From the IMG/VR virus record IMGVR_UViG_3300044612_002649: a stretch of DNA of 64,000 bases. One strand, given 5' to 3'. The notes beneath the pieces were generated by a model. The model did no database searches and was not told the origin of the DNA. It saw nothing but the letters and a program-made list of their open reading frames with translations. Positions 49,641-58,841 of this stretch are shown here, one piece after another. This DNA is from an uncultured virus (IMG/VR IMGVR_UViG_3300044612_002649) (lineage: Duplodnaviria; Heunggongvirae; Uroviricota; Caudoviricetes). Position 1 is the first letter of the stretch, and every line of letters begins with the position of its first letter. A program made the translations under genes and the position numbers.

Positions 49641-50467
49641 TTATTTTTCGTATATTGGTTTCTACCCGTAATATTCCCAGGTGTTACCCGTTTTCCATTA
49701 CAAGTTCTTGAACAATATACATTAATTGTTTTTAATTTTTTATCACGTGTAAAATTTTTACCACAATGTGAACATGTGTACTCGTATAAAGGTTTATACC
49801 CATCGTATAGTGTATAATATTTTTCAGTATTATAAGTTTCTTTTACATATGTAAAAGCATATTTCAAATCATTAAATCGTAAAACATGTACATTATATCC
49901 AAAACTTTCAGCAACCTGTGTTTTTAAATCCACTGATTTTTGATTTTCATAACCTTTTGTTTCTATTATAGTTTTATTATCCGATAAAATAAAATCAGGG
50001 TAATATTTAATACCATTTCTTTCCAAATAACCGTCAAATCTAGAAAATTTAATATTATGATCTAAATTGTATATTACCCAGCATAATTCATATGTTGATC
50101 CACAATAAATGCCATTATAATATCCTGATTTTGATCTACCAGAACCATTTCTATATCCACCTATGTGTTTGGAACTACATTCTTTTGAACAATATTTTTT
50201 ATTACTCGTTTTTATTATTCTAAAATCTGTTCCACACTCTACACATTGTCTAATCTCACGAATAGCAAATTCTTTGCCTTTTGTAGAGGCAGGTTTAATA
50301 CCTAGCTTCTTAAATGTAAGAGATGTTTTTATCTTTTGTTCTTCACTTGGTTTCCATCCAGAGTCTTTCCGTTTTCTGTTATTATATTTCGCTGAACACG
50401 ATCTATTACAAAACTTTTTTGCATCTTTACTGATTAAAGTGTTTCCACATTCTAAACAATTATTCAT
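49631..50467 (-). CDS. Putative PD-(D/E)XK homing endonuclease with Cys-rich repeats
   Basis: STYE...YYPDF...IETKG; FCNRSC and YCSKEC; stop lies inside tRNA-Glu. Confidence 0.8.
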   Translation of the reverse strand: MNNCLECGNTLISKDAKKFCNRSCSAKYNNRKRKDSGWKPSEEQKIKTSLTFKKLGIKPASTKGKEFAIREIRQCVECGTDFRIIKTSNKKYCSKECSSKHIGGYRNGSGRSKSGYYNGIYCGSTYELCWVIYNLDHNIKFSRFDGYLERNGIKYYPDFILSDNKTIIETKGYENQKSVDLKTQVAESFGYNVHVLRFNDLKYAFTYVKETYNTEKYYTLYDGYKPLYEYTCSHCGKNFTRDKKLKTINVYCSRTCNGKRVTPGNITGRNQYTKNKTL

Positions 50468-50524
50468 CTGTAATCTCCATATAGAGTATTTATATGGAAT
50501 TGAACTTTATTGCATTTTTTGATT

Positions 50525-50554
50525 ATAGTGTTCTAACCATTAAACTACCAGGAT
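50525..50554 (-). pseudogene. 5' fragment of a tRNA
   Basis: ATCCTGG-TA-GTTTAATGGTTAGAAC-ACTAT; shares AGAACACTAT with tRNA-Glu. Confidence 0.65.
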
Positions 50555-50562
50555 ATAAACTT

Positions 50563-50672
50563 TTATATAGAAACACACTCGTTTCTGAGCTTTCGGTATG
50601 TATGCCTACACTTTAGGATAGCCCCTGCGTCCAGTTGCTCAGTATCCCTACCGTGAATGTGTTTTTATATAA
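50563..50672 (-). ncRNA. Long-terminal-stem RNA unit (family 2)
   Basis: TTATATAGAAACACA...TGTGTTTTTATATAA; same ends as the unit at 47421-47546. Confidence 0.65.
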
Positions 50673-50674
50673 AT

Positions 50675-50753
50675 TGGTCTCCGTAGCAGGATTTGAACCT
50701 GCGAATCCTCTCGATCCCAAATCGAGCGCTCTACCAAACTGAGCTATACGGAG
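50675..50753 (-). tRNA. tRNA-Pro(TGG)
   Basis: Loop TTTGGGA, ACCA. Confidence 0.9.
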
Positions 50754-50766
50754 ATAATTAAAATAT

Positions 50767-50859
50767 TGGTGGGTGTCCACGGATTCGAACCGCGAATGTT
50801 TACCACGAGGGACTTGATTTACAGTCAAGAGAGGCACACGCCATAGCCTCAAGACACCC
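50767..50859 (-). tRNA. tRNA-Tyr(GTA)
   Basis: Loop CTGTAAA, long variable arm, atypical D arm. Confidence 0.8.
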
Positions 50860-50861
50860 AA

Positions 50862-51199
50862 TAATTTATAACACTCTCCCACTATGTGTTTAGACGGTTC
50901 GTAGCCGAATGAAGAGTGTATATTAAAACATACTCACTTTAACTTGTCAAGAACCGTAATTCTTAATGCTGATCTAGTATGTTTTAATATTAAAACACAC
51001 TGGTGGGTCGTTCAAATCCACTGTCTACATTCCGTAGAAATCAAATTCTACTATTCTCAATGTGTTTTAATATTAAATCTAACAGCACCATAAACAGGCG
51101 GTCCATATATCTTTACGATACCGCTCTTTGGGATAAGCAAAGGCTCGCTGCCCCAATTAAGTATGCTCTTATCTACTAGCCAAGCTATTAGATTTAATA
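50862..51199 (-). ncRNA. Tandem long-terminal-stem RNA units (family 2)
   Basis: Units approx. 50862-50924, 50921-50989, 50988-51071 and 51071-51199 with TATTAAA...TTTAATA-type ends. Confidence 0.55.
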
Positions 51200-51305
51200 A
51201 TGCCACGACATCCGTAGCTTGTCTATTGAAATTATCTCCAGAACCCCCTGCTTTCCGAAACTTTTTAAGTGTTTCCAGTGCCAGGTGCACCATTCACTGT
51301 GTAGC

Positions 51306-51335
51306 TATTATATTCTGTGTTTCTGTGTCTGTCAA
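51306..51335 (-). promoter_or_regulatory. Sigma70 consensus promoter
   Basis: TTGACA-N17-TATAAT. Confidence 0.8.
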
Positions 51336-51360
51336 CTACTTTTTTAAGGAGTCTAAAACT

Positions 51361-51392
51361 AAAAAACCCTGAGAGTTTTCACTTTCAGGGTT
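51361..51392 (-). terminator. Intrinsic terminator of the putative attenuator
   Basis: AACCCTGA...TCAGGGTT followed by TTTT. Confidence 0.8.
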
Positions 51393-51420
51393 CTTTGAAA
51401 AATTAACTTATAATATTAAA

Positions 51421-51558
51421 TTATGTCTTCAAAGAACCCTCACGATACTCCGGTGTGCGATCATTAATTAAACTAAATGCACACCATACAGACGCAATCG
51501 AGCCGCCTTTTAAGGTTGATTGTAGTTTAAATTGTTGATGTAATGATTGCATTTCCAT
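51421..51558 (-). CDS. Putative attenuator leader peptide (45 aa)
   Basis: AAAGGA RBS; its 3' codons are complementary to the terminator 5' arm. Confidence 0.65.
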   Translation of the reverse strand: MEMQSLHQQFKLQSTLKGGSIASVWCAFSLINDRTPEYREGSLKT

Positions 51559-51608
51559 TTGTATCAATTTTCCTTTAATTTCATCAGTTGGGGTCAACCG
51601 ATGAAGCG

Positions 51609-51638
51609 TATTATACAATTATTTAGTTTCTTTGTCAA
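51609..51638 (-). promoter_or_regulatory. Sigma70 consensus promoter upstream of the leader peptide
   Basis: TTGACA-N17-TATAAT. Confidence 0.8.
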
Positions 51639-51734
51639 GCACTTTTTAAAAAAGTTTTTATTTTTTTTATAATTGTATTTTTATTTAGTAAAAATTCTTA
51701 TTTACTAGTCAAAATAGCTGTTTTTCAGCATATT

Positions 51735-52187
51735 TTAGTAGAGTGTTAAGAATTCTACTACATTGGTGTGAAGTTCATTATAAATTTTATCACCCCATGT
51801 TACAGCATCTTGTTCAGTAACCCTAAAATTATAGTTTTCTGGTTGAATGAACAATTTATTTGTATCATTGTATCTGCTTTTTTCAATGGTGTCAACCCAT
51901 ATTGTGATAGTTGGGTTAATAATTTCCCTAAATTCAGGTAATGGTGCTACCATATCTATTAGTATATAGCCATTTTCAACCTCATCAGCAAAATTTTTCA
52001 TTCGTTGTGCTTGACGAAGTCTCCCATCATATGAAAAATCCCAATCATTAAATTTTTCTCTTACTTCATCGGCATTGTACCAATGAACTTGGTAATCTGC
52101 AAGTTCTAATTTCTTTTTTAGTTCATTGGCTAGGGTAGTTTTACCAGAGCCCGGTAATCCCATGATCAAAATTGTTTTTTTACTCAT
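51735..52187 (-). CDS. Adenylylsulfate-kinase-like P-loop protein
   Basis: GLPGSGKTT; NADEVR...DFS..GRLRQA. Confidence 0.75.
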   Translation of the reverse strand: MSKKTILIMGLPGSGKTTLANELKKKLELADYQVHWYNADEVREKFNDWDFSYDGRLRQAQRMKNFADEVENGYILIDMVAPLPEFREIINPTITIWVDTIEKSRYNDTNKLFIQPENYNFRVTEQDAVTWGDKIYNELHTNVVEFLTLY

Positions 52188-52286
52188 ATAATTCATCAGT
52201 TTCTGAAAAATGGCTTCAAACAAGCCTTACGAATGTATTTAGTACCATTTGGTTGACTGTCTATTAAAAAATCAGATTTTTTTACA

Positions 52287-52865
52287 TTACAAAGATACAG
52301 GATCCAACAATACCGGTGTATCACCACGTACCATAATGTTAGATTCTCTTAAATCTAAATCATAGACGATATTATCGCACCAATACTTCAAAAATTTGTA
52401 AATCCACGGGAATTTATTGATTGATCTCTTTTGATGATTACTGAGTTCATGATATGATCGTCGATCAATCAAAGAATAGGCCATATCATCTATAACAACT
52501 GAAATCTTATCATATTCACCAGGTAATAACGGGTGTAGTTTCTCTAATCTCACCAGATATGTATCTGAAGTAATTTGTATTATCCCACCTTTAATTTTAG
52601 GTAGATTAGGATTGTCCTGATTGCTTAATACGTATCTAATGAAGCACAAATAGGCATCATCACCACGAAATATCTTAAACACCCAAGAATAACCAGGATA
52701 CATATATGCAGAACCATTTGAACCACTACCAAGATGTTCAAAACCATAATGATTCATTACATCTTTCCATTGTTCGAATTGATCATCTAATTTTACATCC
52801 CTACAATCTTGCTCAAATATTTCTTTAGCTTTAATGTATAAAGAATTTCTTTTATACCCAATCAT
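52287..52865 (-). CDS. Protein-kinase-like fold protein
   Basis: LGSGSNG, VFK, DLRESNIM, LLDP. Confidence 0.65.
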   Translation of the reverse strand: MIGYKRNSLYIKAKEIFEQDCRDVKLDDQFEQWKDVMNHYGFEHLGSGSNGSAYMYPGYSWVFKIFRGDDAYLCFIRYVLSNQDNPNLPKIKGGIIQITSDTYLVRLEKLHPLLPGEYDKISVVIDDMAYSLIDRRSYHELSNHQKRSINKFPWIYKFLKYWCDNIVYDLDLRESNIMVRGDTPVLLDPVSL

Positions 52866-52889
52866 ATAATTCTCATGATGTATTTTATA

Positions 52890-53420
52890 ATACTAAAGGA
52901 GAACTAACGTTCTCCTGTTCTTCGCTATCGCTCATCACATTTTTTATAATTTCTATCTTACCTATTCAACTAGATTACGATTTACTTTTGCCCCCATAAA
53001 GGGAGCAAAAAAATAATTTCAACTGAGTTGACTTCATTAGTAGAGTTACACTGGTTACAGAGGCGGTTGGCCGATACCTCGAAGTGCGTTTTTGTTTCTG
53101 TTGTCCAACGGTGGCATTAGGAAAATACTCTACCATATTCCTAATACGTCCAGGAATTACCTGGTCATTTAGCCTTTTTATCTTTTGTTTAAACATTCGA
53201 AATTGGTTGTACGTAGGCGTATCCAATCATCATTTGCATCACAATGTGCAAGTAGTCGAATGAGTCGCTGCTTCTACTCAGCTGTTTCCCTCCATGCGAA
53301 GAACATTCCATTTCCTGGGGCACCTGTCAAACCACCGGTGCGAGTGTATCAGAAGTGTATAGCCTGAAAAAGTGCCTGTGAAATCATATTTATCGTTGCC
53401 TAAATTTATTTGCCTAATGC
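52890..53420 (-). ncRNA. Candidate large structured non-coding RNA
   Basis: About 530 nt, GC-enriched, many hairpins, own promoter at 53424-53453. Confidence 0.45.
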
Positions 53421-53461
53421 AAGCATTATACACCAGCTGATCTCAAATGTCTAGTTATTTT

Positions 53462-54004
53462 TTAGAAATCTTCATCGTCATCAAAGTCTGACTCTGGGTC
53501 ATCATAATACCTGTAATAACTTTCATTTTCTTTCAAAACTCTAACTTTATCTCCTAATTGAATTTGTAAAACTGTCAAATGCTCAGGTTTTAAAATCTCT
53601 GTAATGAACCATAAAGTACCACAACCGCCACCATATGTTCTAATGGGACCATGTTTTATTTTTGTTTGAGCTAATGCTTCGCGTAATGAATTACCATATT
53701 CTGTAATAATTCTAGAAATACCCTTTTCACGATTTTTTAATCTGGATTTATCAAACTCAGTTAGATCATCAATGATAGCGGTATTAGAATCATCAATAAC
53801 CAGTAAACAATCTTTGATTTTGATGGATCCTTTTGTGTGACTGGAATCTGGTGTTTCTTTTGTACACCACCCTTTACGACAATCTACGTGATCAATATAA
53901 AATGAGTCACCTTTTGCTTTAATAATCCACATTGGGATATTAGCGTCTTCTAAATGTTTTTTATTGAAGTGGAATACCACATCATCACATGCTAATTCTA
54001 TCAT
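53462..54004 (-). CDS. Hypothetical phage protein
   Basis: ATG after AAGGA; VVFHFNKKHLED motif. Confidence 0.65.
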   Translation of the reverse strand: MIELACDDVVFHFNKKHLEDANIPMWIIKAKGDSFYIDHVDCRKGWCTKETPDSSHTKGSIKIKDCLLVIDDSNTAIIDDLTEFDKSRLKNREKGISRIITEYGNSLREALAQTKIKHGPIRTYGGGCGTLWFITEILKPEHLTVLQIQLGDKVRVLKENESYYRYYDDPESDFDDDEDF

Positions 54005-54393
54005 AATTTTTCCTTGAATAATTTTTGGCATAAAAAAACCCAAGCCAACTTGATGGATCAAGCCGATACTTGGGTAAAAAAAGGAGTTTTTTAAATTGTT
54101 AAAAAGTCTTGTAATCTATAACTGTTTCATAATTCTTATTATATCAAATTTTATATTGTATGTCAATTACTATTTATAGTAACAGTCTTGGGGTTCTAGA
54201 TATTTCCTCTCAATAGGTTTCACAGCTTTTCCATAGCTCTACCTATATTATGCACTTTTTCCTGACTGTGACAGGGAACACAGTAACTTAAGCATACTAT
54301 ACACAGTCTAACTGTTCTCTATGAAAACTCTCTGTTTACCCTTTGCTACGGGCGTGTTCCTTACCGTGCTGGTCTATACTATAAAAATAAAAT

Positions 54394-54756
54394 TTACATC
54401 AATGATTTATATAATGAACCAGACAGTTGAAAGTTTGACTTCCAATTCCATTCATCTAACACTAATTGATTAAACGTGGTGTCATCTAACTCAATGACAT
54501 CGTCGATACTTAATTCGAGCATTCTGATTGCACGAGTGTAGCTTTGTTCATATGAACTAGGAACAGATGGTAAGTTTTTAACTTTTGCAATATTGTTCAA
54601 ATCGCCTGTATTGACAAGTTTTAAGTTATTTTTAGTAATGACTACCACTGCTTTTTTGAAATCTTCAACTGATTCGTTGAATTCAACAATATGTTTTTCT
54701 TTGTTTTCACGAACTACTGCGAGTAATTCTTCTCTTTTAATTTTTACTGTTTTCAT
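54394..54756 (-). CDS. Hypothetical phage protein
   Basis: ORF; the ORF-track start overlaps the tRNA. Confidence 0.65.
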   Translation of the reverse strand: MKTVKIKREELLAVVRENKEKHIVEFNESVEDFKKAVVVITKNNLKLVNTGDLNNIAKVKNLPSVPSSYEQSYTRAIRMLELSIDDVIELDDTTFNQLVLDEWNWKSNFQLSGSLYKSLM

Positions 54757-54795
54757 AACGTTATTTTCAATGTTTCTCATATAAAATGTATTGGT

Positions 54796-54870
54796 TGGTG
54801 CACCCGATGGGATTCGAACCCATTGTCGCAAGTTTTAGAGGCTTGTGCTATACCTAGTAGCTTCGGGTGC
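54796..54870 (-). tRNA. tRNA with CUA anticodon (amber suppressor)
   Basis: CAAGC-CTCTAAA-ACTTG; GCACCCG/CGGGTGC-ACCA; canonical T arm. Confidence 0.8.
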
Positions 54871-54877
54871 AAAAAAG

Positions 54878-55246
54878 TTAATCATACGAACTGGATGAGC
54901 CTGAATCACTTGAAGAACTGTAGTCATGCGAACTATGAGAATGACTAGAGGAACTACTATGTGATGATCCATAATCATGCGAACTATATGAACTATATGA
55001 ACTATGTGAGTGGTTAGCATTGTGTGAACTTGAGTCTACACTCTTTGCCGCAGCATATGAATCCCACACGTCAACTGATGCTTTGATTACGTTATCCACT
55101 GTTTCTGAATCTATATCAAGATCATGCTTTTGTGATTTATTTCGTTTATCACTATTTGAAACATACTTCGAAGACACATTAGATTTAGTATCTACTTTCT
55201 GAATTGGTTGTTTTTTAGTAAAAAAACTTTTGATTTTTTCTAACAT
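54878..55246 (-). CDS. Ser/His-rich low-complexity protein
   Basis: SSHD/SSY repeats; AAGGA RBS. Confidence 0.65.
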   Translation of the reverse strand: MLEKIKSFFTKKQPIQKVDTKSNVSSKYVSNSDKRNKSQKHDLDIDSETVDNVIKASVDVWDSYAAAKSVDSSSHNANHSHSSYSSYSSHDYGSSHSSSSSHSHSSHDYSSSSDSGSSSSYD

Positions 55247-55293
55247 AATTTTCCTTATGAAAAATGTGGGGGAATTACCCCCACAAAAATGGA

Positions 55294-55863
55294 TTATTGA
55301 TAACCGCTGACGATATCGCCTAACTCAAGACCATCGAACCCGGCTCCAATTGCCTGGAATGAGAATTGTCCATCACGTTTGAAGAATGATCCAACTTGAA
55401 CGGCTGTTTCATTTTTGTAGTCAGCATCTAGATCATAGAATGCAATTTCCTCATTGGTATCAGCATTTAAGATTTTGATACCTGCTTCAGGTACCTGACC
55501 AAAAGACTGACCACGAGATACAGCTTCATGGATGGTTACAACAATTGAAATTTCATCAACTGTTGCTGGTAACGTATTGATATCGATGAAAACCTCTTCG
55601 GTACCACCTTGACGCATATCTGGTGTTTTTGAAACACTTTTTTCAGGTGTCGCTTCATTGTTATAGAACACCAAATAGTCATCACCTAACAACTTCGGAC
55701 CATTATCGGTTGTTTTCAAAACAAACGCTGATACATCTAAATCATATTTTGGATTGTTATCTGGAACATTCCACCATAATACTGCCTTTACCTTTCCCAT
55801 GGCAGGTTGTGATTTGGTTAGGTTGATACCTTTATTTTCAGATTTTGCAAGATTAATTGCCAT
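55294..55863 (-). CDS. terD: TerD-family protein
   Basis: DLDVSAF, VFYNN, VTIHEA..RGQSFGQV, FQAIG. Confidence 0.88.
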   Translation of the reverse strand: MAINLAKSENKGINLTKSQPAMGKVKAVLWWNVPDNNPKYDLDVSAFVLKTTDNGPKLLGDDYLVFYNNEATPEKSVSKTPDMRQGGTEEVFIDINTLPATVDEISIVVTIHEAVSRGQSFGQVPEAGIKILNADTNEEIAFYDLDADYKNETAVQVGSFFKRDGQFSFQAIGAGFDGLELGDIVSGYQ

Positions 55864-55886
55864 GTTATTACCTCTTGGTAGTTTAA

Positions 55887-56894
55887 TTAAATTGATTTGT
55901 GTTTGATTGAAGAGATCAATGATGCACCAATGAATGCAGCACCAATCAACCCTGTAATGCTTTCTGGAATTTCGTATACAGTATTTACGAACATGATGAT
56001 AGCCAATCCAAATATTGCATAGAATGCACCATGCTCTAGGTAAATGAATTCATCAACAGTGCCCTTATCTACCATTAGTAATGTTAAGCTTCTTACGAAT
56101 AACGCACCGATACCAAGGCCAATCATGATGATGAAAATATTGTTTGTCAATGCTAATGCACCTAATACTCCGTCGAAACTGAAGCTTGCATCTAATACTT
56201 CCAAGTAAAGAAACGATGCTAACCCGGATTTGGCTACTGCACCTGTAACCGTGCCATCATCAGTCCCGATTACTGCTTCTAAACCATCGACAAGAATGTA
56301 CGTTACTAATCCGAATACACTTGCGACCAAGAATGCTGATGCTTCTGTTTCATTATGTGTGGATCCGATGATTTTGTAAACAATATATACCAATACTAAT
56401 GTAATTGCAGATTGTATTGCTTCAATTTTGCCTAATTTAGTGAATCTTTCTTCAATTGGTTTAAGCCAATGCGTATCTTTGTCATGATCGATGAAAAACT
56501 TTAATGCAACCATCATTAGGAATGTGCCACCGAAACCCATGACTGAGGTATGGACTGATTCTAGCGCATGAGAATACTGTTCTGGGTCATTAACTGCTAA
56601 CATGAATGATGAATATGGGTTAATTCCCAATGCAACTGACACAATTGCTAATGGAAACACCATTCTCATACCAAATACAGCAATAGCCATACCCCAGGTA
56701 ATGAAACGATGACGCCATATATCATCCATTCCTTTTAGAACTTGTGCATTCACGACGGCATTATCAAAACTCAAACTAACTTCAAGAATTGATAGAACTA
56801 ACGTGATCCAGGCTGCTTCGAGCCCACCGATCAAATATGCTAGTACGATACCGATACCAGCAATCAAAAAAGAACCTTTAAAATATTGTAACAT
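55887..56894 (-). CDS. DUF475 TerC-like membrane protein
   Basis: LEVSLSFDNAVVNA; YLEVLDASFSFDGV; YLEHGA. Confidence 0.88.
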   Translation of the reverse strand: MLQYFKGSFLIAGIGIVLAYLIGGLEAAWITLVLSILEVSLSFDNAVVNAQVLKGMDDIWRHRFITWGMAIAVFGMRMVFPLAIVSVALGINPYSSFMLAVNDPEQYSHALESVHTSVMGFGGTFLMMVALKFFIDHDKDTHWLKPIEERFTKLGKIEAIQSAITLVLVYIVYKIIGSTHNETEASAFLVASVFGLVTYILVDGLEAVIGTDDGTVTGAVAKSGLASFLYLEVLDASFSFDGVLGALALTNNIFIIMIGLGIGALFVRSLTLLMVDKGTVDEFIYLEHGAFYAIFGLAIIMFVNTVYEIPESITGLIGAAFIGASLISSIKHKSI

Positions 56895-56957
56895 TGATTA
56901 TTACCTGTGTGTTTGTTGAAAGAATCTTCATTCTACCTGTAAATTCAGGTATGTCAA

Positions 56958-57638
56958 TTATTTTTTAAACTTTCCGACCCAATCAGCAAATTCTTGGCTG
57001 ATAATGTCTTCATATAAGTCTTCATCACTGATACTTTCGATATCATCTATCTTCAAATAACCGGCATTTGGGTATTTTTCGCCCAAATATTCGATAAATG
57101 AGAAGTTCCCACCACCAATACCGATCAAAACCCAATATAAATCTTTAGATTGTGATTCTATGATAACCTTTTCAGTTGCTTGTTGATCGAAATTCTCGCC
57201 ATCGGTGATGAAAATAGCTAATGATGGGTCAGTTGAATTAGATTTCTTCCCAAACAACTTCCCAAATAGGCCAGTTTGTACTGGTGCGGCACTATTAACG
57301 ATGTCTTTCATGACTGGTGCATACTCTGTACCACCTTCACTAATTTTTTTGACGATTTCACGGTCAACAAAGTCTTCGATGTTGCTAATATTGACTGATG
57401 GCAGCTCAAATGAATCATTATGAAATGCCCAAATGTCAATAATTTTATCTTTATCGATGTTCATACCAATTGCTAGCACTCGTTCTACCACATCTTGAAC
57501 GACTTTGTTGCGATATAGGGTATTCATGGACCCACTGCGATCAATTGCCAGTTTTACTTGGCATGGAATGTCACGGATTTGTTTTTTAGTTAGGATGATA
57601 CCTACTTTTTCTGCTCTTTTAGTTAAATCAATAGCCAT
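56958..57638 (-). CDS. vWA-domain protein, TerF-associated type
   Basis: DRSGSM, GGTEY, FITDG. Confidence 0.85.
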   Translation of the reverse strand: MAIDLTKRAEKVGIILTKKQIRDIPCQVKLAIDRSGSMNTLYRNKVVQDVVERVLAIGMNIDKDKIIDIWAFHNDSFELPSVNISNIEDFVDREIVKKISEGGTEYAPVMKDIVNSAAPVQTGLFGKLFGKKSNSTDPSLAIFITDGENFDQQATEKVIIESQSKDLYWVLIGIGGGNFSFIEYLGEKYPNAGYLKIDDIESISDEDLYEDIISQEFADWVGKFKK

Positions 57639-57668
57639 TTTTACTTATCTCGGTTGATTGTTAAAAAA

Positions 57669-58808
57669 TTAATGGGTTTTTGGTCCTGCAATAGTGGTCC
57701 GTCCAGCATTAGATGAAATGGAAGCATACATGCGCTTCATTTCATCCATTCTCGATGCACTTTTAATTCTAGTTTCTTTACCAGTATTGTTTATTTGCAC
57801 AATTTCTCCTAATGTACTGATTAGGTTTTGATGTACATGTTCTATTGTAGCATCATCTATCAATGAACGTTGGTTTAATTTTGCTGATTCAATTGAATTA
57901 GCACTAATGATGTTTGAATTGGTTTTAATTAGAGTATTGTTTGCATCATCTACTGCTGCTGCTAATGCTGCACTTTTTCTTAATTCTTGACCATCTATAT
58001 ACATTCTGATTTGTCTTTTCCATAATGGAATAGTCATAGTTTTGATATCATGGAATTTTTGGAGTAATGTTGCAGCACTATCTTCCATTTGACTAATTGA
58101 AGGTGCATTTTGAATAGCCATCATTTGAAATTTCTTCAAATAATCGATTTTCTTCTCCAATCGATCTAAATTTTTTGTACTTCTATTAACTTCTTCGGCG
58201 GCAAGGAGATCTGATGCGTTAACCCGCATTTTTTCAATTTCTTTTGCCATTATTTGGTATGCTTCTTCTGCATCTTTGATCAAATTTTCTAATCTGTGAT
58301 ATTCATTCAAATTTTCACGGTATTGCACTTGCAGACCGTTTAATTTGGCAATAATTCTGTGATTGGCTTGATCAATTTCGTCAATAATTTTGTCCATTTG
58401 TGTGGACACATCAGTGAATTCTGCTGAAAGTTGTTCACGGACATTAATAAACTTTTCTTTGATCTTTCCAAAGAGTTTTGAGATATTTGAATCTGAATTA
58501 TTGTTCGTATTCAGGTGAAATGTCTTCGCCATTGTTAGAATACTAGTTAACTGTTGTTCAACGAAGTCAACGTCAGCATCTTTGACTTCATTTAATAAAG
58601 CTTCTGATTTTTTGGCAATATCTGACATAACATCCGCCCCGTAATCGATAATCCCGGTTGGTGAATCAAATGTTGAAAGTAATTGGAGTACACGAGGATT
58701 GGATGCGCCTAAATCTGACAATTGTTTAGGTGAAACTGGTGTAAATGACTGTTTAACTGAAACTTCAGTACCAGATGATGACACTTGAACAGGTTTAAAA
58801 GACTTCAT
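57669..58808 (-). CDS. TelA/KlaB toxic anion resistance protein
   Basis: Coiled-coil; QNAPSI, TIPLWK motifs; Ter context. Confidence 0.8.
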   Translation of the reverse strand: MKSFKPVQVSSSGTEVSVKQSFTPVSPKQLSDLGASNPRVLQLLSTFDSPTGIIDYGADVMSDIAKKSEALLNEVKDADVDFVEQQLTSILTMAKTFHLNTNNNSDSNISKLFGKIKEKFINVREQLSAEFTDVSTQMDKIIDEIDQANHRIIAKLNGLQVQYRENLNEYHRLENLIKDAEEAYQIMAKEIEKMRVNASDLLAAEEVNRSTKNLDRLEKKIDYLKKFQMMAIQNAPSISQMEDSAATLLQKFHDIKTMTIPLWKRQIRMYIDGQELRKSAALAAAVDDANNTLIKTNSNIISANSIESAKLNQRSLIDDATIEHVHQNLISTLGEIVQINNTGKETRIKSASRMDEMKRMYASISSNAGRTTIAGPKTH

Positions 58809-58841
58809 AATACCCTTTTGAATGTGAATGTGTAAAAAGAT

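Noticed and set aside
50613..50650. Degenerate CAGCA-stem copy (GGGATAC-TGAGCA...TATCCT) inside a family-2 unit
   Set aside because: Core reads GAGCA and the 3' CCTG end is missing; not counted.
52890..53420. RNase P RNA
   Set aside because: The conserved GAGGAAAGUCC and terminal P4 motifs were not found on either strand.
54796..54870. tRNA-Arg(TCT) call
   Set aside because: That register breaks the anticodon stem and lacks U33; the CUA register pairs properly.
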